Virus record (IMG/VR): IMGVR_UViG_3300045988_083108
Coordinates: 1 to 46,317 of that record
Direction: 5' to 3' (one strand)
Origin: a virus
DNA length: 46,317 nucleotides
The stretch's first letter is position 1, and the number at the start of each line of letters is the position of its first letter. The position numbers and the translations under genes were made by a program. Under the pieces are notes generated by a model. That model saw only the letters and a list, made by a program, of their open reading frames with translations. It searched no databases and was not told the DNA's origin. This document shows positions 7,370 through 16,020 of the stretch, one piece after another.

Positions 7370-7696
7370 ATGCGCGTTAAAGTTAGAGAAACCACTTCAT
7401 GGTTTGGTAATGGGGACGAAATAATTGAAAGGTATCCATTTCTCAAAGACCCTCGTTTCAAACTTGAACGTGTCACAACCGGTATAAAGAGAGAATTTTT
7501 TGATTGCAAGTCAAGAAAATGGCGCTTTCGAGACGAAAGCACACTTTACGTCACGATTGATAAACTAGAAGATTTTCAATATTTCGTTGAGATGGTAAAG
7601 AAAACGAACGGACGCGACTATGATGGGCAGGCAATTATCATGGTTGATGATGGAAATAATTGGGAGTTGGAAATCTACGATGGCTACCGTGAATAA
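7370..7696 (+). CDS. Hypothetical protein
   Basis: ORF, RBS aggag. Confidence 0.65.
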   Translation: MRVKVRETTSWFGNGDEIIERYPFLKDPRFKLERVTTGIKREFFDCKSRKWRFRDESTLYVTIDKLEDFQYFVEMVKKTNGRDYDGQAIIMVDDGNNWELEIYDGYRE

Positions 7697-7718
7697 ATTT
7701 AAGTAAGGAGATATAACC

Positions 7719-8129
7719 ATGATTAAAGTTGGCAACACTTACCGGCTGTTCCGGGTTAAGCAGTATATGAGCAAGAAAGGCAATCCGTATGTCCGTGCAA
7801 GTTTGAGCGATTCAGTTCGTCAGCAAGACGGCACTTACAAGGATTTCGGCTGGTATCAAGTCACAATTTTCAACAATGTTGATGAAATCGTCAACGCTGG
7901 TAGAATCAAGATTACTGCGATTAACAGCATCGAACACGCTATCAACGATTACAACGGCAAGCGCTATGAGAATTACTCGCTTGTTATCGAGGGAACCGCC
8001 GCCGCGAACAGCAGGGGTTGCAAGCCTGACTATGAATCGGCCATGTACGACTACAAGCAGCCTACGCAGGGTGAGCGCAGTCTTGACCTTGATTCCGTTT
8101 CATCAGAAGTTCCAGACTTGCCTTTTTGA
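7719..8129 (+). CDS. ssb: Single-stranded DNA-binding protein-like (OB-fold, acidic tip)
   Basis: RBS aaggaga. The C-terminus ...SEVPDLPF resembles the SSB D-D-(I/L)-P-F tip. Confidence 0.55.
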   Translation: MIKVGNTYRLFRVKQYMSKKGNPYVRASLSDSVRQQDGTYKDFGWYQVTIFNNVDEIVNAGRIKITAINSIEHAINDYNGKRYENYSLVIEGTAAANSRGCKPDYESAMYDYKQPTQGERSLDLDSVSSEVPDLPF

Positions 8130-8148
8130 CGTAGCAACGTAATATTTG

Positions 8149-8185
8149 CAATGCAGGGTTGAGAAATCTTCTCTGCATTTTTATT
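8149..8185 (+). terminator. Rho-independent terminator
   Basis: aatgcag...gagaa atc ttctc tgcatt hairpin followed by tttttatttt. Confidence 0.6.
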
Positions 8186-8196
8186 TTACAAAACTA

Positions 8197-8225
8197 TTGA
8201 CAAACGCAGTAAACGGTGGTATAGT
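8197..8225 (+). promoter_or_regulatory. Promoter TTGACA-17-TATAGT with an extended TG
   Basis: ttgaca 8197-8202, tgg tatagt 8217-8225. Confidence 0.75.
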
Positions 8226-8252
8226 AGAAATATCGAAAGGAGCTGCGTTAAG

Positions 8253-8648
8253 ATGACAAACGAAGAAGCAATCAAGAAACTTGAAAAAATTCGCAGAGAC
8301 ATTGATGGAATTATCGCAGAGCTAAAAGACGGAAACGCGGAAGTCAAAGTTAAGGAATCAGAGGAAACGAAGGCTGCTAACGAACTGTTCGACAGGCTGT
8401 GGGCGCTTTATCCTCGAAAAGATGGGCGAAGCGCTGTAAGCCTGACGGCGAAGAAGCGGTTGCTCAAAGTTGGAGAGAGTGCTATGATTGAAGCAATCAA
8501 CGCTTACAAGGCGACAATCAGTGACCCGAAGTACACGCTCATGGGTTCGACTTTCTTCAATACTCGCTACAAAGATTATCTCGGAGTTAAGACGCAGAAG
8601 AAAGCACCAATCGTTTACAACGGCGATGTGGCAAGATTGGAGTGGTAA
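8253..8648 (+). CDS. Replication-associated hypothetical protein (LWALYPRKDGR motif)
   Basis: RBS aaaggag. The W..YP.K.G motif is common in phage replication modules; the family was not assigned. Confidence 0.5.
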   Translation: MTNEEAIKKLEKIRRDIDGIIAELKDGNAEVKVKESEETKAANELFDRLWALYPRKDGRSAVSLTAKKRLLKVGESAMIEAINAYKATISDPKYTLMGSTFFNTRYKDYLGVKTQKKAPIVYNGDVARLEW

Positions 8649-8650
8649 CT

Positions 8651-8929
8651 ATGTTGACAACTATTTATCATGGGTATATCGGCTTCACAATGACGTTGTT
8701 CACTGTTGTCGGAGCACTTTCCGTGTGCGTTATCGCTTGCATTATTCTTGCAATGCTTGCAAATACGCTTCAAGACCTTTTAATCGCGTTTAAAGATAAC
8801 TGGGACGAGTACAGGTTCTTTATATACTATCAAGCTAACTTTGAGTTGTGGCTCGATTCTAATGGCTACAAGATGGAGTGGGACGAAGAACATGACAGGG
8901 CTAGGTGGGTAAAAGATGACAAGAAATGA
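8651..8929 (+). CDS. Membrane protein
   Basis: Start moved to ATG 8651; N-terminal hydrophobic helices. Confidence 0.55.
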   Translation: MLTTIYHGYIGFTMTLFTVVGALSVCVIACIILAMLANTLQDLLIAFKDNWDEYRFFIYYQANFELWLDSNGYKMEWDEEHDRARWVKDDKK

Positions 8930-9194
8930 AGCTGAACAACTTGTAACTGCCAACCGCTTGCTTTACCCGCTAGACTTCTGCCGTTTCTCGGAAAACGACT
9001 TTGAGAGCCTTGCGATGCTGTATCATAAAGCGCTTGGAGTGTATGACTTTGAGAGCGTCAAAGCGGCGCTTATAGAGTGCTCTAAGACTTGCCAGCATTG
9101 TATTAAGGTAAGTGATTTGTACGCGAAATTGACCCCTTTGCGTGGGCGTGACGCGCTTGCAATGCAACCACTGAAAAGGAGCGATGAAAAATGA
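8916..9194 (+). CDS. G39P-like helicase loader (tentative)
   Basis: Size, the position shortly upstream of the DnaB-type helicase (one 67-aa ORF between them), and the LLYP..F...W/..D.ESVKAAL..CSK pattern resemble the SPP1 G39P family. Confidence 0.45.
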   Translation: MTRNEAEQLVTANRLLYPLDFCRFSENDFESLAMLYHKALGVYDFESVKAALIECSKTCQHCIKVSDLYAKLTPLRGRDALAMQPLKRSDEK

Positions 9195-9394
9195 AGTTTA
9201 ACGGTGTTCCTATTAAATGTGGCGATTTGCATTTTTGGACTATGGTTAATAAAAATGAAGTTGGAAAGCCGCATAAACTTGAGAACTTTATGAACGCATT
9301 CCCAACGGCAAATATTCTGCAAGTAACTCAATATGTGGCTGGTTCTTGCCTATACACGACAATTTGGTTCGTTGATGAAAAGGAGACAAAATGA
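9191..9394 (+). CDS. Hypothetical protein
   Basis: ORF, RBS aaaggag, overlapping starts and stops. Confidence 0.55.
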   Translation: MKFNGVPIKCGDLHFWTMVNKNEVGKPHKLENFMNAFPTANILQVTQYVAGSCLYTTIWFVDEKETK

Positions 9395-10638
9395 CACCAC
9401 TTGATTCCGAAACTGCGATGATTGGCTGTCTGCTGGTTCAGCCGTCAATCTGCTGCGATGACACTTTCTCCGAGTTAAGCGAAGTCATGTTCTCCGATGA
9501 GGGTTGCAGAGAAATTTTTAGAATCTGCAAAAATGCCTATCTGGATAAAAACGGCGCTTATGACATTGCAAGCATCGCTTCTAAGATGAACACAAATTGC
9601 AAGAAGCTGGCAATGAGATACGCGGAAACACTTCCGTCTGTTTCTAACTGGAAGTTATATATGCAGGGCGTGAAAGACGCTTATGTGACGCGGGAAGTAA
9701 TCGCAAAGGCAAACGACCTGTTGAATGCCACAGCTTTCGGAAACCCCACTGTTGACGAGTTACAGGTTCTCGCGGAGAACGTTATTAAACCGTTCAATGG
9801 AGTTAAGGAAGCGGAAAGCACAAACGCAAAGAGCGCAGTTGACATCTTTGAGCAGGAACAGAAACGCTCGCCGGAATACTTCAAGTTTGGCATTCCGACA
9901 CTTGATGATTCCTCTTTTGTGGAAGCTGGCGACTTGGTCGTCATTGGTGGCAGACCGTCAGCCGGTAAAACTGCCGTTAGCATCAACTTTATGATGTACA
10001 TGGCAAGAAAGCACAAGTGCGTATTCTTTAGCTTTGAGACACGCAAAGAGAAGATTATCGACAGAATGATTGCGGCTTACTGCGGGATTCCTCTCTCCAA
10101 TATCAAGCGCAGATGCCTGACAGATGAAGATAAAAAGCGGTGGCTGGAAGCAAAAGCGGAGTTTGCTAAATTGGACTTAGAGATTGTGGAAGCTGCCGGT
10201 CACACCGTAAGATGGGTGCGCAATGAAGCAGTAAAGCGCGGTGCAGAAGTCATCTTTGTTGACTACCTTACAATCGTCAAATCGCATGGCAATGGCCGCT
10301 ATGAAATGACGACAAATGCAATCAACGAACTGCACGTTATGGCGCAGAACGAGAAGATTGTCACAATCGTTCTCGCGCAGATTAACCGTCAAGCGGCAGC
10401 ACAAGCGCCGACAGTGGCAGACTTGAAGGAATCGGGCGGCATAGAAGAAGCAAGCGACATGATTATTCTGTTGCACAACGGCTATGAAGATGGCTACAAG
10501 ATGATTCTCGGCAAGAACAAAGAGGGTCACGTTGGTACAATCGACTGCGTGTTTGATTCCAAAAAGCAGACAATCAGAGAACTCGGAGTAGACGAAGATG
10601 ATTTTCAAGACTGCTCTGGTCAGCAATTACCGTTTTGA
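9391..10638 (+). CDS. dnaB: Replicative DNA helicase (DnaB/G40P-type)
   Basis: Walker A GGRPSAGKTA; DnaB N-terminal domain pattern; FVDYL and LAQINR motifs. Confidence 0.85.
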   Translation: MTPLDSETAMIGCLLVQPSICCDDTFSELSEVMFSDEGCREIFRICKNAYLDKNGAYDIASIASKMNTNCKKLAMRYAETLPSVSNWKLYMQGVKDAYVTREVIAKANDLLNATAFGNPTVDELQVLAENVIKPFNGVKEAESTNAKSAVDIFEQEQKRSPEYFKFGIPTLDDSSFVEAGDLVVIGGRPSAGKTAVSINFMMYMARKHKCVFFSFETRKEKIIDRMIAAYCGIPLSNIKRRCLTDEDKKRWLEAKAEFAKLDLEIVEAAGHTVRWVRNEAVKRGAEVIFVDYLTIVKSHGNGRYEMTTNAINELHVMAQNEKIVTIVLAQINRQAAAQAPTVADLKESGGIEEASDMIILLHNGYEDGYKMILGKNKEGHVGTIDCVFDSKKQTIRELGVDEDDFQDCSGQQLPF

Positions 10639-10649
10639 GGTGAATCGCT

Positions 10650-10841
10650 ATGAAGAAAGCACAGTACAAGAAAACGAAAAGCGGCAAATCGTGGGATTTT
10701 GAATGGCAGCTTGCAGAGTGCCGCTGGTATTGCCTTATCGCAAACTCTAAGCGCAAGAAGTGGATTAAAGATTCACTTACTCGCAGTTATCGAAGAAAGC
10801 AAAAACAGGGGAAACTTGATGCAGAACAGGAACAAGAATAA
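10650..10841 (+). CDS. Small basic hypothetical protein
   Basis: ORF, RBS gaggtg. Confidence 0.5.
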   Translation: MKKAQYKKTKSGKSWDFEWQLAECRWYCLIANSKRKKWIKDSLTRSYRRKQKQGKLDAEQEQE

Positions 10842-11196
10842 GACACGCTCACAGATAGGGCGCACAAGCCGTACAAAGGGTAAAGTCGGAGAGCGGGAAG
10901 TTGCTCACCTGTTCATTGACAACGGCTTTCCAGACGCTCACAGAAGCGCACAGTGCAGAGGTAACAGCAAAGACGGTGAAGCAGATGTTGCCGGAACTCC
11001 GGGCATACACGTTGAAGTCAAGCGTGTAGAGAAGTTGAACTTAGAGAACGCAATGCAGCAGTCAATCAGAGACAGTGAATTGCAGAAAGACGGAATCCCG
11101 GTTGTGATTCATCGCAAGAATGGCGCTGAATGGCTGGTAACAATGAGATTTTCGGATTGGGTTGAGTGGTACAAACATGAATATTCAGAACAATGA
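10819..11196 (+). CDS. PD-(D/E)XK Holliday-junction-resolvase-like endonuclease
   Basis: Start moved to ATG 10819 (RBS agggga). GEREVAH...GEADV...HVEVKR layout. Confidence 0.5.
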   Translation: MQNRNKNKTRSQIGRTSRTKGKVGEREVAHLFIDNGFPDAHRSAQCRGNSKDGEADVAGTPGIHVEVKRVEKLNLENAMQQSIRDSELQKDGIPVVIHRKNGAEWLVTMRFSDWVEWYKHEYSEQ

Positions 11197-11800
11197 GGAA
11201 CGAAAATGCGGTTACTGCGGAACTTCGTACAGTCATATTATCTCCCGGGGGAAAATCATTCAACCGGCGTGGTATCGTGACAATAATTATGGATGGCTGT
11301 GCCGAACTTGCGAAAACAGAAAAGCAAAAACCGGCTCTGTTATTCCGTTGAGATACAAAAAGATTTCTGCTAAGTCAAAGTTAATGCAGGAAGCGAATAT
11401 GGCTCTGTGCGGTACATGCTGGACTTGCAAGGATGTTGAAATTCACTTCAATCATTGCAGGAAGAAGGGCGAAGTTGAGCTAGACAATTACACGCTTGTA
11501 TGCAAAGAGTGTGGTCGCAAAGTCATCTGGCAGAAATCAATCAAAGAGTTTTTGACTGCAAACATGATTCCGTGTGACTGCGAAATCGCTAAGTTCGCTT
11601 GTGTAAACGAAAATCGCACGAATCATGCAAATTGTGTGGCAGGTCAGGCAACAATTCTAAAGGCAATCGCAGAGAATCCGAGTAAGAATTACTCTGAAAT
11701 TGCAAAAATGTGTGGCGTGTCTCGGCAGAGAGTTTCACAGGTTAGAGAGAGCGCAAGAGCATACTACGAGAAGAAGGTGATGAAAAATGGGCAGACCTAA
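11177..11800 (+). CDS. Cys-rich protein with a C-terminal sigma-70 region-4-like HTH
   Basis: Multiple CxxC pairs; NYSEIAKMCGVSRQRVSQVRESA HTH. Confidence 0.5.
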   Translation: MNIQNNEERKCGYCGTSYSHIISRGKIIQPAWYRDNNYGWLCRTCENRKAKTGSVIPLRYKKISAKSKLMQEANMALCGTCWTCKDVEIHFNHCRKKGEVELDNYTLVCKECGRKVIWQKSIKEFLTANMIPCDCEIAKFACVNENRTNHANCVAGQATILKAIAENPSKNYSEIAKMCGVSRQRVSQVRESARAYYEKKVMKNGQT

Positions 11801-12452
11801 GGGCAGTAAAAACAAAACTCCCGTTCGGACATACAGGGATGAAAACAATAACTTGGTGTTAGCGAGTGAGCCTTTCGTGCCGAGTGAGCGATTCAAGCAA
11901 GGTGAACCGCCGCCGCCGCCCTGTGAGGACAAAGGAAACATCAGAGCACTGTTGCAAGGACTGTCAATCACACTGAAAAGCCCGGATAAAGTAACGGCTC
12001 AAAAGGTTCTTGACTGGGAAATCAGCTATCTAAATTATATTTACGACAGCGATGTCTACCTGATTCCTGATTATCTCGGCTGGTGCAGTTTTGTTGGCAT
12101 AACTCGCAGACAGATGGATTACATCCAGTCTACGAAGATGCGCAAGGAATCAGTCATTGACGGAAATGGAGAGGAAATCTTTGCTTCTGCGTCTGAACTG
12201 GTTCAAAAGGCAAAAGATGACTTCATGGCTATTAAATCGCAGTTAGGATTGAGCGGGAAGATGCCGCCGCTTCTCTATGTCGGTATGATGAATAACGGCG
12301 GTGGCTGGTCTCCGAAGCAGGAAATTCAGATTTCCACAACGAATAATCCTGTCGCAACTGCAAGCAATGCCGAGCTTGACAAAATCCTCGCAGACTATGA
12401 GCCGGATAAAAAAAGCAAAACTATTGATGGAAATTTTCAAGAAATCACTTGA
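11787..12452 (+). CDS. terS: Terminase small subunit-like protein (Terminase_2/SPP1 G1P-like), located in the early block
   Basis: LIPDYLGWCSFVGITRRQMDYIQ (HTH) and LLYVGMMNNGGGWSPKQE resemble the TerS patterns P...G...yLGisr.T and iF.LKN.fGW.Dkqe. Confidence 0.5.
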   Translation: MGRPKGSKNKTPVRTYRDENNNLVLASEPFVPSERFKQGEPPPPPCEDKGNIRALLQGLSITLKSPDKVTAQKVLDWEISYLNYIYDSDVYLIPDYLGWCSFVGITRRQMDYIQSTKMRKESVIDGNGEEIFASASELVQKAKDDFMAIKSQLGLSGKMPPLLYVGMMNNGGGWSPKQEIQISTTNNPVATASNAELDKILADYEPDKKSKTIDGNFQEIT

Positions 12453-12477
12453 CAAGCTGAATGTAATGTGATATAGT
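12449..12477 (+). promoter_or_regulatory. Promoter TTGACA-17-TATAGT with an extended TG
   Basis: ttgaca 12449-12454 overlaps the terS-like stop codon; tga tatagt 12469-12477. Confidence 0.7.
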
Positions 12478-12555
12478 AAAGACACAGCAGGAAACAAGCA
12501 AATCGCTTGAAAGCCTAATCGCTGTGATGAATACATACATAAAGGAGAATGTATC

Positions 12556-13044
12556 ATGAACTTCAAAGAATTTGAAAGCAGTTTTTCCGAGTACCTCGAC
12601 AGCAAACGCGATTGCGAAAACCACGAGTGCATCGCATTTATTCGCGATGATGAAACAGGCAACGCTTTAATCGCAGCGCATTGTACTCAAGATGAAGCAA
12701 TGATGATGATTTTCGTCATCGCCCGCAAGCTCGGCATCACGCTCAAGCGGCTGGCGTATATGTGCATCGCGATTGACAACGACAAGGACGCAAGCAGGGC
12801 GCTTGATGGCATTGTCAAGGCAAGCAACAAACAGGAGCGGCTCAAGAAGGCAATCGCAAGCGTTGAAAAGGCAAAGGCCGCAACCGCAAGCGCTGGGAAA
12901 GCAGATATTGCGTCCGATAACGCTAAAAACAGCGATGAATCGCAGAAGTCGCCGAGAGATGGCGAAGGCGATTTTGACAAGGACGAAATCGCAGATGTAA
13001 TCAGCGCCGTCCTGATGGATGTGCTTAAATCGCTGGATGACTAA
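12556..13044 (+). CDS. Acidic hypothetical protein, 162 aa
   Basis: ORF, RBS aaaggaga; its 3' end already contains two AATCGCT boxes. Confidence 0.65.
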   Translation: MNFKEFESSFSEYLDSKRDCENHECIAFIRDDETGNALIAAHCTQDEAMMMIFVIARKLGITLKRLAYMCIAIDNDKDASRALDGIVKASNKQERLKKAIASVEKAKAATASAGKADIASDNAKNSDESQKSPRDGEGDFDKDEIADVISAVLMDVLKSLDD

Positions 13045-13107
13045 TCGCTAAATCGCAATTAAGCAATCGCTAATCGCTAATCGCTAAAAGTCAAATCGCT
13101 AATCGCT
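13028..13107 (+). repeat. Iteron array: 7 perfect AATCGCT heptamers plus 1 variant in 80 bp (three directly tandem)
   Basis: Copies at 13028, 13043, 13051 (aatcgca), 13065, 13072, 13079, 13094 and 13101; two more at 12501 and 12517. Confidence 0.9.
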
Positions 13108-13111
13108 ATAT

Positions 13112-13150
13112 AGCCCCACTGACCGGGAGACCGGCTGGCGGGGCTTTTTC
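13112..13150 (+). terminator. Imperfect GC-rich hairpin followed by a T-run (possible terminator)
   Basis: agcccc..accgg gaga ccgg..ggggct ttttt. Confidence 0.5.
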
Positions 13151-13162
13151 TGTCCGGTGGCG

Positions 13163-13176
13163 CTCCCCTGCCCTGC
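13163..13176 (-). repeat. Bipartite G-box copy GCAGGGCAGGGGAG (inverted partner of 16399-16412)
   Basis: Forward strand reads ctcccctgccctgc. Confidence 0.85.
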
Positions 13177-13356
13177 CGCGCTGCCGCCCAGTTGATTTTC
13201 CCGTCAAAAAATCATTGAATCAATCAAAAACGCAGTCAATCAATGCAAAACAAAGTATATATAATATATAATATATGCTACATCTAACAATATGCCGCCA
13301 CGCGGTAGGGGAGAGAATAGTGCATATTTGCGAGACAAATGTCCATAAAAAAGTTG

Positions 13357-13385
13357 TTGACAAAGTCTCCAAACGGCGATATACT
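13357..13385 (+). promoter_or_regulatory. Promoter TTGACA-17-TATACT
   Basis: ttgaca 13357-13362, tatact 13380-13385. Confidence 0.7.
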
Positions 13386-13444
13386 TAGGGTGTTCCAAGC
13401 GGAACGACACAACACACACAACACACACCAAAGGGAGAGCAACT

Positions 13445-14707
13445 ATGGAAAGCATTCTTTACAGAAACAAGAGAAACACCTATAGCGTTGACAACAGCGT
13501 TATCAAGGCGGCGGTCAATGAGGGCAAACCTGCGAGCGCTTATGTCGAGCGCATTATGTGCAGCCGTGACGGCAGACTTTTCGAGAAAGTCCCAAACGAA
13601 CCGCGCTATACTTGCAACGGCGAGGTCATTGAGCGCGGAGTTAAAGAGGACTTGCAGGTATGTATCAAGAATCTGAATGAGGCTATTGCAGAGTACGCCG
13701 ACGAACACGGCGCAGCGCGTAAAGAGCGCAACGAGGACGCGCACAAACCGCAACCAGCCGGAGTAATGCCCACAGCGCAAGCGGCAGACTTCACGGCAGC
13801 TGGTGCAGCGCTGGCGATGCTGGCGCAGATTAAAGAAGAACAGGTTTTTAACAAAGTCTGCGCCGACCTTGACGCTTTTATCTTTGAGAAATACGGCAAG
13901 CTGCCGCAAAAGGAAATTGTTGTGAAGCTGCCCGACGGTAGCAAAAAGAGCGCTGGCGGCATCCAGCACGAAAAATTCGAGACTGTCCTCAAATACTTGA
14001 CTGCCGATGTGCCGGTATTCATGAGCGGCGCAGCAGGAACAGGCAAGAGCAGCATTGCAAAAAATGCCGCTAAAGCGCTAGGACTTGACTTTTACTTCTC
14101 CGGTGCGGTAAATGATATTTACAAATTTACCGGATTCATCGACGCTAACGGAAACTACAGCAAAACGCAGTTCTATGATTTCTGCGTGAACGGCGGCGTT
14201 TTCTTTCTGGACGAGATGGACGCCAGCATTCCCGAGGTGCTTGTGGCGCTTAACGCGGCGATTGCAAACCGCTATTTTGACTTTCCTTGCGGCAAAGTCG
14301 AGTTAAACGAAAATTGCCGCTTTATCTGCGCAGGTAACACATACGGCAACGGTGCTGACGCGCAGTATACCGGACGTTACCAGCTAGACGCGGCAACGCT
14401 TGACCGCTTTGCAGTGGTGGAAATTGATTATAGCGACGAGATTTTCAACGCTGTAACGAACGGAAACAAAGACCTAATCAACTTTATCCGTAGTTTGCGG
14501 AAAGCAGCGCAGAACGTCGGTGCAAACTTGATTCTTAGTTACCGCGCGGCGCAGAACGTGACAGCGATGGAGAGCGTCGGGCTATCTACTGCCGATTGTG
14601 TCAAACAGTGCATTGCAAAGGGCTTGAGCCACGACACTGCACATATGATTGCGGAGCGTCTCAACGGTTCGGACAAGTACACAGCAGCGTGGAAGGAGAT
14701 TTTCTAA
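13445..14707 (+). CDS. AAA+ ATPase, MoxR/CobS-like (AAA_5 type)
   Basis: Walker A GAAGTGKS, Walker B FFLDEMD, LDAATLDRF sensor region; about 190-aa N-terminal extension. Confidence 0.75.
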   Translation: MESILYRNKRNTYSVDNSVIKAAVNEGKPASAYVERIMCSRDGRLFEKVPNEPRYTCNGEVIERGVKEDLQVCIKNLNEAIAEYADEHGAARKERNEDAHKPQPAGVMPTAQAADFTAAGAALAMLAQIKEEQVFNKVCADLDAFIFEKYGKLPQKEIVVKLPDGSKKSAGGIQHEKFETVLKYLTADVPVFMSGAAGTGKSSIAKNAAKALGLDFYFSGAVNDIYKFTGFIDANGNYSKTQFYDFCVNGGVFFLDEMDASIPEVLVALNAAIANRYFDFPCGKVELNENCRFICAGNTYGNGADAQYTGRYQLDAATLDRFAVVEIDYSDEIFNAVTNGNKDLINFIRSLRKAAQNVGANLILSYRAAQNVTAMESVGLSTADCVKQCIAKGLSHDTAHMIAERLNGSDKYTAAWKEIF

Positions 14708-14709
14708 CT

Positions 14710-15597
14710 ATGATTTACGCGCAGAAATTTGAGACGATGGACAGCTTTTTCAAGTTCATCACCACCGCGCAGAATAACAAAGTTTTTGCAGACTGCCACG
14801 ACAGCGACATGAAACCGGAATGTTTCGCGGGCACAAAAAACTTTGCTGAAGCTGCGGAGCTTTTCCGCAACGGTTGGGATGCAGGTCTTGAAAAAATCAA
14901 GGCAGGGAAGGGGGAAGACTTTGCAAGCCCAGCGCCTAGGGCGCTTGTGCGCAACTACTACGTCGGAGCGTGCCCTAATGTTCCCAGAGCATTGCAGGGC
15001 TTGCCTGATGCTATGAGACAGGTTTACCGCACGCCACAAAAGCAAAAGGTCATGATGGTCTTTATTGACACGTGCGTTTCCGGTACGCTGGACAAAGACA
15101 GGTATCAGAAAGTTGGCGGGTACATCTATCAGGCAATCAAGGCGATAGAGGAGCAAGGGACGCGGGTGGAGATTATCACGGGCTTTGTCGACAGCATCAG
15201 ACAGAACATCAGCCAGAACAGGAGCGCAGCAGAAGAATTGATTATCTGCCCAGAAATCACGCTGAAAAAAGCAAGCGAGACGCTTGACGCAGGGCGGTTG
15301 TCTTTTGCGCTCGTTCATGTAGGAATGTTCCGCCGCTTATGTTTCAAGTATATTGAGACTTGTCCCTGCGAGCTACTGAACGGCAGCAGGGCAGGGGACT
15401 ACAGCCCGAGCGGCTACGGTATTGTAGCAATGGCAAATGATAAGATTGCCGCGAAGTTTAACAAGTACATGAAGAAAACGCATGAAAACGCGGTTGTGCT
15501 TTGCATGAGCAAACTTGCACAAAATAAAGAAATCACCAGCGGCGAAAAGCTGTTAGAGCTTATTAAATCAGAGTTAAAGGGGAGCGCAGAGAAATGA
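14710..15597 (+). CDS. vWA-like (CobT-like) partner of the AAA+ ATPase
   Basis: Start moved to ATG 14710 (RBS ggaga). KVMMVFIDTCVSGTL resembles a MIDAS DxSxS strand. Confidence 0.5.
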   Translation: MIYAQKFETMDSFFKFITTAQNNKVFADCHDSDMKPECFAGTKNFAEAAELFRNGWDAGLEKIKAGKGEDFASPAPRALVRNYYVGACPNVPRALQGLPDAMRQVYRTPQKQKVMMVFIDTCVSGTLDKDRYQKVGGYIYQAIKAIEEQGTRVEIITGFVDSIRQNISQNRSAAEELIICPEITLKKASETLDAGRLSFALVHVGMFRRLCFKYIETCPCELLNGSRAGDYSPSGYGIVAMANDKIAAKFNKYMKKTHENAVVLCMSKLAQNKEITSGEKLLELIKSELKGSAEK

Positions 15598-15872
15598 CAG
15601 AGAAAGAAATCATCCGAGTGGCGACAGAGTACAAGAAGAATAAGCGCCAGATTGAAGCGCTTGAAAAAGCAAACGAGCGCATTAAGGCGCTGCTGGTGGA
15701 CGAACTCAAGGAGAGGGGAGGGGATGCCCCACTTGTGGCGGGGCAATATAAAATCAGCGAAAGCAGTGTAAAGCAGCAGAGGATTAACGCGGAGAGACTG
15801 CGGAAGGAGCTGCCCAGCGTGTGGGCGGGTTTTGTGGTAGTCTCCACATACAAGAGATTGAATATTAACTAG
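15594..15872 (+). CDS. Coiled-coil hypothetical protein
   Basis: ORF with an ATGA-type overlap. Confidence 0.6.
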   Translation: MTEKEIIRVATEYKKNKRQIEALEKANERIKALLVDELKERGGDAPLVAGQYKISESSVKQQRINAERLRKELPSVWAGFVVVSTYKRLNIN

Positions 15873-15884
15873 GGGGTGAGCAAC

Positions 15885-15983
15885 ATGGTTCTGTTTTTCA
15901 CCTTGCTAATTTTATTTGACAGATGGGCAGACCCACCAGCGGCACGGAGAGCAAGGCGCAGGCGGCGAGGGCGATATATGTAA
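15885..15983 (+). CDS. Mini-ORF, 32 aa (hydrophobic N-terminus, Arg-rich tail)
   Basis: Hand-translated MVLFFTLLILFDRWADPPAARRARRRRRGRYM; strong RBS gggggtga. Confidence 0.3.
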   Translation: MVLFFTLLILFDRWADPPAARRARRRRRGRYM

Positions 15984-16020
15984 ATTAAAACTTTTAAATC
16001 GGAGTAAAGGAGCAACAGCA

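Noticed and set aside
13028-13107. The heptamer arrays as possible CRISPR arrays
   Set aside because: The repeat unit is only 7 nt, often directly tandem, with no spacer-sized unique segments, and there are no cas genes.
15916-15944. TTGACA at 15916-15921 as another promoter
   Set aside because: No acceptable -10 hexamer lies 16-18 nt downstream (the sequence there reads gcggca).
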